DNA from: Chrysomallon squamiferum
Taxonomy: Eukaryota > Animalia > Mollusca
Reading direction: 5' to 3'
Length of the DNA stretch: 64,000 bases
Assembly (NCBI GenBank): GCA_012295275.1
Contig: CM022678.1
Location: forward strand, 16,368,001-16,432,000
Part shown: positions 50,585 through 64,000 of the stretch, in pieces
Layout: each line of letters begins with the position of its first letter
Position numbering within the stretch: position 1 is the stretch's first letter
The notes under the pieces: generated by a model
The model's input: the letters and a program-made list of their open reading frames with translations, nothing else
Database searches by the model: none
Told to the model about the DNA's origin: nothing
Translations under genes and position numbers: made by a program

Positions 50585-51809
50585 CTGAAATATCCAAAAA
50601 TGTATTATTATTATTATCTTTTATTGTTACTAATTTTAGAATGATTATATAACAATATTCTTCTTTTTTCTAATGTTAAATAAAGGAAAAATGTGTGTTT
50701 CCCTTTATTATTATTGTTATAGATTTGAATATATCAGTTTTTCTTGTCATTATTATGTATGATATTTTTTTATTTTTAACAAATTTGTATAGATATACCA
50801 AAATGCTGTTGTAGAATTATAGAAGAAAACATAATTATAATTTTTGATATTTAACATTTATTTTCAGCTTACAGTTATCACTTTTTTATTTATTTATTTA
50901 TTTTAAATTTTACTGACGTTGCTCTTGTTCATATTTGCTTTCTCTAAATTTCTGTATTAGATATATTTTTTTTTTAGTTATTTGTTTCTGTTATCATATA
51001 TAAAGAGCAAAGCGCAGAGATGTAATAATTAAAATTTGCTTCATCCAGCAGCTGTCAAACTCTTTCATTTCAGGACTCTGAAAAAAACGTTTACCTGAAA
51101 TGTTTACCAAACAAACTTTATGCTGCTGTGTTTGTGAGTAACAGGTAAAAATAATATTAATAAAAATAAATAAAACAAACATATTTGACCTAGATGATTG
51201 TAGAGGATAGCTAATCGTAACTTGAGTCTTTAGAAATGTATTTTCCTTTGTTAAATATAAACCCATATCAATATGCCACCCACTCACCCACCCCTGCACT
51301 TTGCCCATGGAGATCGACGGACTATTTACACTGACACTCAATAAACTAAATATAACTTGTCCTATTTTTTTTCTTTCTGTTTTCTTGTTGTTGAAAATTG
51401 TTGAACTTTGTCAACATTATTTATTCTGAGCATGCATGAACATGCACACACGCTCACACGCACACTCAAGCTCACGCACACATATATAATAATAATAATT
51501 ATATAACTTTTTTCCTTCTTTTTTGTTTATTTACTTTTTTGATAAAGACATGTCTGTATGTAATTGTCATCAGCTATGTGTGTGAAAAATATTTCCTAGG
51601 TAAGGAGAGGTTGGCAAATGATGGGACTATCCACGTGGTGAGTAACTAACTGTATAGAGGTCAAAAGGGGTCAATAAACACCAGTGTGATTTATGGTAGT
51701 TTTTGTACTGAGTATAAGAAATTTGTGATTAAGATACACTCATAGCAGGGGCGATTTATTGGGCAGGTTCTCATTGTACGTAACTCCTCCCGGCACTGCA
51801 CAGACACAG

Positions 51810-51930
<121 letters not shown>

Positions 51931-52448
51931 TAAATACTAAATAAAACATTTCCTTTCCTATTTGTTTCGTATATAGAATTTATACTGAGTACGAACTAAA
52001 CTGTTTGTTAGCGGGGTATTTTTTGTTTTTTCTTTTGTAACTATGACAGAATGAGTTTTGTATGTGTATGCTTTAAAAGGAAATATCCTGGAAATAATTC
52101 AGTCTTAATGACATTTCCTACTAAATAAAATTATTATATTTTTGTGTATTATGACAAACATCCTGCAATATTTACTTTCGAACTGGTAAATTACCTCCCC
52201 TTAAACTCCACCTCAAAACCACACCACCATTCCGTTTCCGATTCGTGTACTGATTTCTTGGAAGATTTCCAAAATAAATAAATATAAGTATTTATAACTT
52301 TAAGAAGCCATTTTGTGTCTGTGTCGTTTGGATACCTGCATTTAGTCTCGATTCCCAGTCTAATTTTTAACAGTTAAATAGTTTCATTCAATAATTCATT
52401 GGACTAAACGAATCATTCTTATAGAAAAAACTGAAGTAAAATTTCAAA

Positions 52449-53086
52449 ATGTTTTCAGGAAAACTGCCTACAGGTAGGTTTTAAAGTAAATTCGATCTGG
52501 AGACACATTCATTTTTTATCTACATCCTGCTTGAATAGGCGTAGTCTGAAGATACTTGAAACTTGGCGAAGTCACCATTAAAAGCTCGGGCGGGCAAAAC
52601 TTAGTTATGAAATTATAGTATACGGTTTTTAGAAATTTTTATCGAACCAGAAAGCACCTATATTATCTTCAAGAAATTATTACTGATACTAAAATTAGTT
52701 TTAAGGCACTCTCTTTGTTACTACAACTATATAACTTTTTTCTGTATTGATTCCTTAATTTTTCTAATTATTACAAGAACATTGATGGTTCCGCGATTTG
52801 ACTCAGTGCGAAATTAACGCAAATGCAATTTTCTGTGGAGCAAAGTCATCGTACTAATTACATAAATAAATACGTCGTTTAAATTATTTGTATTTTAAAT
52901 GAATTCATTGTATTAGTTCATCAGCACAAAGTTAATAATAATAATAATACATTTTTGGTTTTAGTTAGTCTACCCATCGTCGGGACACGACCGTCCAAAC
53001 CTCCTTCAGTTCCAATCCGGAACGTACCGATAGACAGACCACCATCACCACATCTTCCAGGTGCAACCGACTCTAAAAAGTCCTAA
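52449..53086 (+). CDS. Putative two-exon Pro-rich micropeptide gene B, 48 aa
   Basis: 52449-52473 (CAAAATG...ACA G|GTAGGT) plus 52965-53086 (TTTTAG|TT...TAA): MFSGKLPTVSLPIVGTRPSKPPSVPIRNVPIDRPPSPHLPGATDSKKS. Confidence 0.68.
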
Positions 53087-53792
53087 TGACGTCAGTTTCT
53101 AAACAACTTGGAGACGTCATGCATCTTATAAAACGCGGCTTCAGTATGTCATGATAATTACGTAATAAACACTTTGTCGTCAAATGTGTGTGAGAGACGT
53201 CCTGTTATTATTCATAGTTATTCATTAGTCTTTGATTAATTTCTACAAATATTATGATTAAAGAAAGTTAATATTTATTATAAATTTTGATATTTAAGTT
53301 TTACATTATGCTTTGTCAGTGTTGTTAATCAGTTTTAATACTAAAATGAAATATGCTATTTACAAGCTTAAAAGTAGCTTTATTAAATTCACTTTTATTT
53401 GATACTGTTTGACTGTTCATTAACAATGTCGTGAATTATTAAATTTTAATAGGGTAATATTGAATGATTTATTAATAAATTAACTTTTAAATGATCATTT
53501 TTAACTGCTTCATTAATAATGTTGTCAATTATTAAATTTTAATATTAATACTTGAAAGTAACATTAACACTAATACTAATAATTAAACATCTTAATACTT
53601 TTTTTTATTAATTACTAATAAACTTTTAAAGGGTAATGTTTTATTGTTTTATTAATAAACTTTAAATTCTTGAAAGTAATGATACTTGATTTATTTATTA
53701 ATTAACATCTAATGTTGGGTTTTTTAAAAATTAATCTCGATTTATGCCATAATTTTCAGTATGCAGTTTAGAATTGCTATGTGCGGTCAACA

Positions 53793-53884
<92 letters not shown>

Positions 53885-54108
53885 GTCAGTATGTAATGTT
53901 TTTTATCATTCAGATATTTCGTATATAATGGTATTTTCTGCTTTACAAGTCCACTCTGTAATGTTAAATTCAACCTTTTTTTCGGGGGTGCAAACGTATC
54001 TATTAAAAAACAACAAAAGAACAAAACAAAAAACCCCAGGAATATAAACGGTAAATTGACAGCAATTTTTATAAATCAATAACTGAATAAGTCTGTCTAT
54101 CCACTAGA

Positions 54109-55030
54109 TCAGTGGCTCTCAACCTTTTTTTGCCAATGGCACACCTATGAAAAAATAGCGCACATTTGGCTAAATATATATGAACAATATCTGAATTTTG
54201 TAAAATAAAAACGTGGTACATCATAGACGTCATACAACCGTAGATACAGACACATAGAATGACTCAAACTAAATAAAGAAAAACACAGCTATAAACTCAC
54301 TTCATTGCAGTGTTTCGAATTTCATCAGCCAAATAGCTGGCTTCTTTAGTCTGAAATTTGTGCCTGGCTTTTATTCATAATTTCCTCAATGTCTGGTCGA
54401 ATATGAAACACCCTCATTTCTTCTTCCATTGTACGTAATCTCTTGCACTTCTTGTTTTTGATGTTGTTTAATGCTGAGAAGTCTAATTCACATATATAAG
54501 AAGTTGAAAATTAAAATAAAATTTCTAAAGCTCTTTTACATAATATGGGAAACACCTCTGGAACTGAAATCCAAAATGAATCAATGGGCAGAGTCGAATA
54601 TTTTAATTTTAACCCTCGGTCATTAGAAAGGGTGGCCAATTCTTCTTCTTCCTGTAACTCTAGTTCAATGTTGGAAAAATGATTTATGAAAGGATCTCTA
54701 ATCCAATCATACTTTTCTGTCTTTAATGACGGAAAGTAATTGTTGATGCTTTCGACCAGGGCTGTCAGATGAGTAAACACAATAGAGATAATTTGTCTAA
54801 CGCAGGTAGAACGCAATAAAGGGAACATATCAAGATTGCCAGTGATTGCACTTTTTTTTCCAAATCACTATTTTCTTTTTGAGGGCAACTAACTTGTCTG
54901 CTGAAGTGAGAATATTTTCGTTTTTACCTTGCATGCTACAGTTTGTTTTATTTTGGGATCATGTGGTTTTTCCCTTTTTTTTAGTGTGCCACTCAAAATT
55001 TCGCGGCACACTTAGGAAGATCTTATGGCA
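54109..55030 (-). mobile_element. hAT (Charlie/Buster-type) transposon remnant
   Basis: Terminus CAGTGGCTCTCAACCTTTTT; transposase C-terminus DWIRDPF...FWISV...P.LCKRAL...FSTSYICE..FS with stops; GGCACAC subterminal motifs at both ends; other terminus lost. Confidence 0.85.
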
Positions 55031-55600
55031 CTTGGGATTAGTTTTGGGATTAGTTTTGGTATTTCCCTTACGAGAAATACTTCATTCCAGATCGTTAGAC
55101 TGGTGCCTACCGTTTTTAAAGATCTAGAGTCGACTTCAGAATATATTTCTTTTGAATTTTGGTTATTGTTGATTTTCATGGTGTTGTCAGTAATGTTAAT
55201 GTGTGGTTTCTATGAGATTTTTTTTTTTTTTCGATATCTGTGCGGGTTTTTTTTTTTTTTTTTTTTTTTTTTTGTGCCTCTATGGTAGCGCGGCGTTGAT
55301 TCTGTTTGTGTTCTTTTTTTCCTCCTTACGGTTTCCCAGATACTGTTTGTCGCTATCGTTCTCAGCTTCTGTGTCGGAGTCGCGTAGGTATGCAAGTATG
55401 TGAAGGTTTCTGTTAATGATTTTTTGCTCAGCTGTTTTGTCGGAGTCAGAGTGTTTTCTCGTTTTTCTTTTGTCGCCAATTGTTTTTGTTTATTTCCTCT
55501 GAATTCGGGCTTTGCTCCATTGGCCGTTTCGAAACTCTAGTTTCCATTTCTGAATCGTCAGAAACGGCGTTGTTTGTGTTGGTGAGTATATTTGCCATTA
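55031..55600 (-). mobile_element. Possible decayed retroelement 5'/ORF1 fragment
   Basis: A/C-rich sense strand like the LINE at 33-37 kb; broken Lys/Thr-rich frames; interrupts the hAT end. No diagnostic motif. Confidence 0.3.
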
Positions 55601-56072
55601 TGTTAGTTATTTAAGACAGGGGAAAATAAATACAGAGAGAATGTGTTGAAAAAAAAAAAAACGGAGAAAAGAACAAACCGCAAATATAAGTAAAATAGTA
55701 AGGATGACAATAAAACAAATAGATAAAAATAATAGAAATAAGAATATAAATCTCAGAATATATATATATATATATATATATATAATAAATAAAATAAAAT
55801 AAAATAAAAATAATAAACAAAGTAAATGGGACTATAGCTTTTTGTGTGAGCATTCCAATCAGAGGACAACAATCACAACTTATGTTCCGAGTTAACATCA
55901 TCTCGGAGTCGAGCTCTGTCGTTATTTACCAAATGCCAGCCTTTTTATAACAACGCCACGGAGTTGAAAAATTAGCGGAAACAATAAAAAGAGCGGATCT
56001 GACTGAAGTAACAAATTTGGTTATGAAATCTGAATTCCGTGACAATGTGTGTATGTGTTTGTTTCTCGTATA

Positions 56073-56103
<31 letters not shown>

Positions 56104-57217
56104 ATATACACATACACATACACACACATACATATATGTTTGTTAAGAGTTTATTTCTTGTTTTGGTAAATCGGATTAAAAGAAAAAAAGTTGTTTTGGT
56201 AATGTCTATATTTATCAAAGGACATGACATTTTTAAACGCTCGAGTATCCTCCACACATATCTGGGTCAAATCTGAGTTACATGTATTTAAATTCACTTT
56301 TATTTATTTTTATTTTTTATTTTTTTTTTTACATTTTATTCACAAGAGAAGCACAAATAAATATGAACAAAAAACGTATATCTAAAAGCAACTTAAATAT
56401 CAAAATTTATAATAAATATTAACTTTCTTTAATAATAATATTTTTAGAAATTAATCAAAGACTAATGAATGCTAAATGAATAACTATGAATAATAGCATG
56501 ACGTCTCTCATACACATGCGCAAACATACACAAATACAAAAACTGGCGTATATGTTCACCGGTCAAACACACACACACACACACACACACATACACACAC
56601 ACGTGCACATAGCAGTTCTAAATTGCGTACTGAAAATTATAGATAAATCGAGTTTATTTATACCTGAAAAGATTAGACGTTAATTAATAAATAAATCAAG
56701 TTAGTATTATTGTGTTAAAAAATTTAAAGTTTATTAATAAAACAAACAAACATTAGCTTTTAAAAGTTTATTCAGTAATTAATAAAACAAGCAAAGAATT
56801 TTAATTATTAATATTATTGTTAATATTACTTTCAGTATTAATCTTAATATTTACTAACTGACAACATTATTATTAAAGCAGTCAAACATTATCATTTAAA
56901 AGTTAATTCATTAATAAATCATTCAGTATTACCATATCTTTTTTCTTTTTTTCTGTCAATATTAATATTTAATAATTGACATTATTAATGAAACCGTCAA
57001 ACATTATCATTTAAAAGTTAATTCATTAAAGATACTTTTAAGCTTGTAAATAGCATTTCTAATATTAAAACTGATTAATAATTAGCAACACTTGTCTAGT
57101 TGATAAAATTTTAATAACTAAGCGAAGTCTTTATATATAATTATTATGACAGAAGCTGCTTTTATAAGATGTATGACGTCTTAAAGTTTTGATCTCCAAG
57201 TTGTTTATATTCTGAAG

Positions 57218-58686
57218 TTATTTAGGTTTATATTCCGCCTCTGGAAGATGCGGGGGTGCTGGTCGGGGTGGGAATGGGTTATTTGGTGTGCTTGGTACTG
57301 GAACTGAAGGAGGTTTGAACGGTCGTGTACCGACAATGGGAAGATCAACTAAAAAATAAAAATTAATTAATTAATTAATTAGGTTTTTAAAAGAATACAT
57401 TTTAAGCTAAAGGCATTCATTACGCTTCGTTTAAAAATTATTTTGTCGATAGATACATCAATGTCAAAAATCGGAAATTACGAATAAGGAAGACGGAAGT
57501 AGAAAAACGAAATTAAAAAAAATAAATTAAAAATTAATCGAAAAGAAAAGAAAGCTGATGAACTGGAAAAATGAATTCATTTAAAATAAAAATAATTTAA
57601 ATGACATATTTATTTATATAATTATTTTGCTCCATAGAAAATTGCACTTGCGTTAATCTCTCACATGAAGAAATACAACAGCCTCTGTGAAAACGCGGAA
57701 ACATCAACTTTCTTGTAATAATTAGAAAATTAAATAATAAATAAATAAAAATAATATAGTAGCAGTATAAAAAAGAGAGTGCCTTAAAACGAATTTTAAT
57801 ATCAGTAATAATTTCTTGAAGATATGACAGTGAAAATCTTTTATTCTGTTATTTGTTTTATAATTTTGCTTTTGAGCTAATTCTGGGGAATGTATCTAGG
57901 GAACAAGACTAACAACGTCAGGCTGGTATTATTTTATCATCAATTTTTTAAACTATTTTGAATCGGTTACGTAACCACTTATGTGGATATTTAATTGCTA
58001 TTATTTCATTGTGCCGTAATAATTTATGCACCTTTTGTTTATTAAATTGCTTGTTGTGTTGGTAAATCGGATTTAAAGCCTGTTTCTATTAACACTGACG
58101 TTGGTTAACCAATATTTAATGTTTATTGTTTATATTGAATATAAATTTTTCCTTATGACAGTTCCGGATAATAAATTGTCTGTTTCTATTAATTGTTACT
58201 TTAACAATTTTTAAGTAATGTTTATTTATCTTAAATTTATCTTATGTTTAATGTGTAATGAGTGTTTCATTATGTTTATTGCTTACATAAACTTTTTTTC
58301 TATCACAATAGCTTTATTTTTCATAAAAGATACTTTTGTAAAACCCAGTAACTGAGTAAGTAAAAATTCTAAAACAAAACGTTTGAGAACTAAGCAAGAA
58401 GAAAAAATGAATTTCTTTATTTGACTAAATACTAATTTGACTAATACTACAAAAATAAATGAATTTTAATATTATGTGCTTTCTTTTTCCATAAAAGTGA
58501 CGTAAAACCATATACAATAATTTCACGTTTTAGTTCTGCCCGCCCGAACTTTTTAATGGCGACTTCGCCAAGTTTCAAGTATCTTCAGACTATCCTCTAT
58601 TCAAGCAGGACGTAGATTAAAAATGAATATTTCTCCAGATCGAAATTACTTTAAAACCTACCTTTAGGTTTTCCCGTTGGTAACAT
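57218..58686 (-). CDS. Putative two-exon Pro-rich micropeptide gene C, 51 aa
   Basis: 58686-58662 (CAAAATG...AAA G|GTAGGT) plus 57348-57218 (TTTTAG|TT...TAA): MLPTGKPKVDLPIVGTRPFKPPSVPVPSTPNNPFPPRPAPPHLPEAEYKPK. Confidence 0.7.
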
Positions 58687-59449
58687 TTTGAAATTTTCTT
58701 CAGTCAAAATATGAATAATTGGTTTATTCGAAAGAATTATTCAGTGAATACTCGGTGTTTGAAAGTTTATACTCGGATATGTAAATGACTCAGACACAAA
58801 ATGGCCCTTAAGGCTAAAAATACTTGTTTATATATTTAGCATGCTGACAGAATATGTCCTTGAACATTTTAGTTTCGTACATAAATTCTGCATACGAAAC
58901 AAAGAGAAAAGGAAATGTTTTATTTATTATTTACATCAGTGAGTGTGTGTGTGTGTTGGCGGGAGTAACCGTTCAACTGAGAACCTCACCCCATTTAAAC
59001 ATGACTTTTCAATAATTATTACTAAAAGATAGTATTAAATCCTAAAGCTTTGTAAACAGTGAAAGGCGAGATATAATAATAAATAAATACGCCGGAATAC
59101 AAACTGATACTCAGTTCAAACCAGAAACTATCAAATCTTTTACACTATCGACCTGTTAATGGAATCCTGTTAAAATAAAATAATATATTTCTTTATTTAA
59201 TGGTAAATATACTTATAACATGGAATTTTTTTTTTTTTTAAATCAAAAATTAAAAAAATATAAAATAAAACAAAACATAGTACTAATTAGACATTTCCAG
59301 TACAGTAGATACCATAATACATCCTGGTGTTTATTGACCCCTTTTGACCTTTGTACAGTTAGTTACCCAGCCCTTAGATAGTCCCATCAACTCCTTTGCC
59401 AAACCCCTTTATCTAAAAAATACTTTTGATATATATAGATAATAATGAT

Positions 59450-60268
59450 CATTTATGATACAGATCAGGAAGTACAATGAAAATAATCATATTAGAAAAA
59501 ACAAACATGACAACAACAACAACAAAAAGAAGGAGAAAAAAAGAAGTGGTAAATGAAGCTTAAAATAAATGTCAAATAACAAAAATTCTAATTATTATAA
59601 TTATGTTTTCTTCTATAACTCTACAAAGGTATTTTGTTTATCCAAACAAATGACAAAATAATGACTAAATAAGGAAAAACAGATCTAGTGAAATCTGTAA
59701 CAATAATAATAATAATTATAAAAAAATAAAAAAATATAAAATTAAGAACTTAAAGAAAGAATTTGCCTATTGAAGTCTAATAAGGTAAACATAATTTATT
59801 CCTTTATTTACTGTTTAATTTTCTTTTTTAATCTTTTTGTTAAAGCGTATTCATTCAAAAATTTAAAATAACAAATAATAATAATAATAATAATAAATAA
59901 CATCGTAATCTTAAATATATATAAATGAAGCATCAAATTTCAAAAAGATTTAGACAGATAAAACATAAAAAGGGACATAATTTATCTGAATTTACTTATT
60001 TATCCTTATTTTTTTTTATGTTTGAAATGTAAGAGGGATGTTAGTTATTTATGAATGAAAAGACATGTAATGTCTAATGTCTTCTACTGTCCTGCAATAT
60101 TATTTAAGCTTATTATCATTAAATATTCCATTTCACTTCAATAAAATGTTTAACATCTTCACATATACAAAATATAGAGCAGGCTTTTCTACATGACATA
60201 GTTATAATCATTCTTAGAACAAAAATAAAAATTTAAAACTGAAAGACATTTGGAAAAAAAACCCACTA

Positions 60269-60316
<48 letters not shown>

Positions 60317-61810
60317 GAAAAACTATATTTTAATGCTTAATATATATATATATATATTTGAATGATCTTCAACAATCCCATGCAGTGAATAATAGCTTAA
60401 TTTATTTTCTTCAATAAATATGAAAAGCCTGAGCATAAATAACTGAAGGTGTATTAGCCAAAAAAATAATAATTAAAAGAAAAATAACAAGGTAACAGAA
60501 TCAATCATTGAATAGTTGAAAATGAATAATGGAGAGAGAATAATGATTCCATTTTACAACAACAATATCAACAATCCTTTAAATGAAAATTATCAACTAA
60601 ATTATAATAAAGAATTAATTTGAAAATTGAAAGTTTTAAACAAATATTAATAAAACTTCTTTAGTCTTGATTATTTATTAATATTTAAAAAGACGACAAT
60701 TTAAAAATGATTGTAAATTAATATTATTTCTTGTTAACTTTCCTTAATATTCATTAGGCAAATTCTTATATAATTAATTAATAATATCTAGCCAGTTTAA
60801 AATTAAAAACAAAAGGTAGTTTTGTATATTTCTGCTCAGTAATTCAGTTCTTCTAATAACTATGAATGTTCATTTACATCAGTCATACACGTTTCCTTTT
60901 GTAATCTACATGAACTAAAGTCTCTTAATGTTATCTGGATTTCATGGACACTAAAAAGGTTTATGGTTTTACACAACCCAAAATTTATTAATATATTTTT
61001 ATTAGTTTTTAAGTACAGCAAAAATTAATAAAGTCATTTTTATTTTTACCTGCAGTGAAATCATTTGTGATTTGTTTATTTTATTATTATTATTATTGTT
61101 GTTGTTGTTGTTGTAATGTTCCTTTTAGACGTTACATAAAATAATCTAGTTTTTATTTCAAAAATATTAAAATGTTCTCAAAGCCCTTTCTATTATATTC
61201 ATAAAAGCTATTAATACTTTCTGAACTTGGTGCTCTAGAAGTTCCTATTTTTAATAATTTCTATTGCATATACAGTAAAAGTTATTAATTTAGCTGCACT
61301 AAAAATTCATTATTCTTTTTTATTTATATATGTAAAATTGTTTTAAAGTATAAATCCATATTTTCTTTTATCATTTGTATAATTAAAAGTTCTCAGCATA
61401 ATTTTATTTTATTATAAATGCATTCAAAAAGGTACATCTTCTCATACATTTTTATGCATATATTAGAAGTTCTTAATGCAGTTTTTATTATTTTATACCT
61501 GTTACACTTTATACATACTAAACAATATTTACATCCTGTTTTACCTAAACAAAAAATTTCATATCTTTTCACCAACACAAAAGGTTCATCATGTCTGTAC
61601 TGAAAAATACTATACAATACATTCATTCTGCACTGCAGCCAATGACATAAACTAGACATGAAACATATTCTTATAAACAGCCATCGTCTGAGAGATCGAA
61701 TTCAGCTCTTTTTTATACATAACAAATATAAAGATACTGAAGATATCATTTTAGAAAAGTGTTACCCTTCCATCAAAATGCAAGACTCTCTTCAAATTAT
61801 TATTTTCCAT
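59450..61810 (-). repeat. Inverted diverged duplicate of the Sulf 3' UTR/3' flank (about 19090-22720, without the MITE)
   Basis: For example 61660-61705 is the reverse complement of 19260-19310, and 60055-60215 of 21295-21457 plus 22158-22172. Confidence 0.85.
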
Positions 61811-62946
61811 TCAGAATTATTTTCCATTTGTTATCATTCTTTCACATAATTTATATTTTCAAGCGTATGACAATCACGATTAAATATTAACAAATGTATT
61901 TAGAGCAGTCTTGGTCTAAGTGCACAAAATCGCCTGGGATGAGCCATATCTCATATGGCCCGCTTCTTGAAAAGGATTGCCCATGCCTGATTTAGAGAAA
62001 CTTAAAATTTGTTTTAATTACCTTGACAACCAACGAATTGTTTCTTTTCGCAATACTTAGGGAAACTATATATTTTAGTAAATATTTCCATTTATTTAAT
62101 CCAGTTATTATAATTAGATAAAACAGCGGTGTTTAAAATGACAAAACGTTCTTATCTGAGATGTCTAACATCGAGTTCGCTAGATTTTTTTATTAAGAAT
62201 CTAGTGTTAAACAACATTCCTTCAGTCCTTTGCTTGGCATGCGTTTCGTTACAAAGTTCATTTCTACTTTTGTAACAACTAGATCACCCCACGTTTGAGC
62301 TTCCAGTCATGTTTGCCTGAATTCGTGACGCATGCGAATCTCATGAATTGAAAAATAGTTTATCAGTGTTGTTTGTTGCTGGTTAGCATCGCCTAGCGTT
62401 GATTTGAATTCAGTTTAATGACTATGTCTCGCTGGCGATCCAGGATTTCTATTTTTCTCTTGCTTATTTATGGAATAATTTCCATGGTAAGTCATTTAAT
62501 GATTTAATGATGTAGGAATTTTTTAATTTTTAATTTAATTTTTCTTTTTAAATGATACGCATTCGTATTTTTTGACATTTGTTCATATAAATATTCGCCA
62601 TATATAAAACGAAATAAAAGTTAAACTTAAAGTCACTAAAAAATAAATAAAAAATCATCATTTACGTTTCATATCTGATTTATCTCAGTAAAAGAATTCA
62701 ATGACTCCATTTCCTGCGGCTTGGAAACGGAAGAACTCATTGTAGGAAATACGATTACAATTAGTTTATTATGTTTGTTATATCTATTTTTGATACAAAC
62801 AATTATTTAATTAGATCATTGAATATTTATTAGGTATTCTTTAGACACAAATACAAACACTCATGCATACCCACATCAGTGAAGAAGTTAAAACAAGCTA
62901 CTGAAAATACTAAACAAGTAATATTTAATATTGGAATAATATTAAT

Positions 62947-63146
62947 NNNNNNNNNNNNNNNNNNNNNNNNNNNNNNNNNNNNNNNNNNNNNNNNNNNNNN
63001 NNNNNNNNNNNNNNNNNNNNNNNNNNNNNNNNNNNNNNNNNNNNNNNNNNNNNNNNNNNNNNNNNNNNNNNNNNNNNNNNNNNNNNNNNNNNNNNNNNNN
63101 NNNNNNNNNNNNNNNNNNNNNNNNNNNNNNNNNNNNNNNNNNNNNN
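62947..63146. other. Assembly gap (200 N)
   Basis: Run of N; sequence on the two sides need not be contiguous. Confidence 1.
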
Positions 63147-64000
63147 TAACAAATGTTTCAGAAACGACGACCTTTTGATTAACGCAGTAACATTGCTGCA
63201 GTTGCTTTCATTATTATTATTTTATTATTATTATTATTACTTAATAAATATTGAAATTCTAGACAAAAGCAAAGATCATTAAATTACGTGTCTTCATAAA
63301 AAGATTCACATTGGTTACCGTGAAAAGAAACATAATATTAAACACACACACACATAAACACACTATTATTACACAAGTTTAGATACACAAACATTACACA
63401 CGCATACACATACAGTGTACACATTCACACACAGATTTATAAACACACCCATACTTGCACGATTTTGTTAATAAAAACATTATTCACATTACCATCATAC
63501 AGTTTTCATTGCGACAACACCTTCGAACACGCCTGATACATTACTTAAACACACACACTTTCATACATTACCACCACAGCCAATTCAGGTTTACGTGCAA
63601 AACAGTGCCACTTACAATGAAAAGCGATTTTACACAGACTTGTACAAACATGACAGCTAAATGCATACACACGTTAATGAACATGCACTTAAATACGCGA
63701 CGGTTACGCCACATTTAAATAGCGCCATCAGAGCACACACCCACATAAAGGGTTCAACCCAAAATACATCACTTCATCGGGAAAATGCACAATGCGCCAC
63801 CAGACGCTTATTTAAATATGCGCCACTTGCACTTTTACAAACATAAATTTACTGACACACACTTAGAATACGTTTAAAACAATTAATCATTTTCAGGTCA
63901 TCGGACCATAGCAGCGTTCCAGACGAACCTACGCGATACAAACACCGTTTCCGTCATAGATGCAACGACCGATCATTGCGAATATTCAGATCTGTTCGCG

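Noticed and set aside
58252-58267. 16-nt match TGTGTAATGAGTGTTT between the family intron and the 37-38.5 kb satellite
   Set aside because: Short and low-complexity; LINE-derived origin of the satellite fits at least as well.
61880-64000. GC-richer patches either side of the gap
   Set aside because: No recognisable motif, splice structure or terminal repeats.

Overview
AT-rich, microsatellite-rich invertebrate nuclear DNA (possibly molluscan; inference only). 846-18583 (+) is a complete 17-coding-exon extracellular heparan-sulfate endosulfatase gene (Sulf1-like, about 840 aa). It has an extra 96-nt cassette exon that duplicates the C-x5-M-x-C...HWRTPP-x-W module and follows a GC-AG intron carrying four TGCATG motifs. 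Downstream (about 23-62 kb) is a rearranged cluster of direct and inverted duplications. It holds what appears to be a family of tiny spliced genes for signal-less Pro/Arg-rich peptides that the ORF track mostly misses. The cluster has two intact two-exon genes (48 and 51 aa, convergent), one modular gene of symmetric phase-1 micro-exons (23.6-30.6 kb), two broken copies, and one copy whose last exon appears expanded into a 2.5-kb PDNEPPPPRPPP array. The duplicated unit includes Sulf 3' sequence. Also present: a fibrinogen-domain gene fragment, a decayed RNase H-containing LINE, Ginger-like integrase and hAT fragments, two TA-flanked MITEs, many satellites and a 200-N gap. All gene models were read by hand, with no expression or database evidence.
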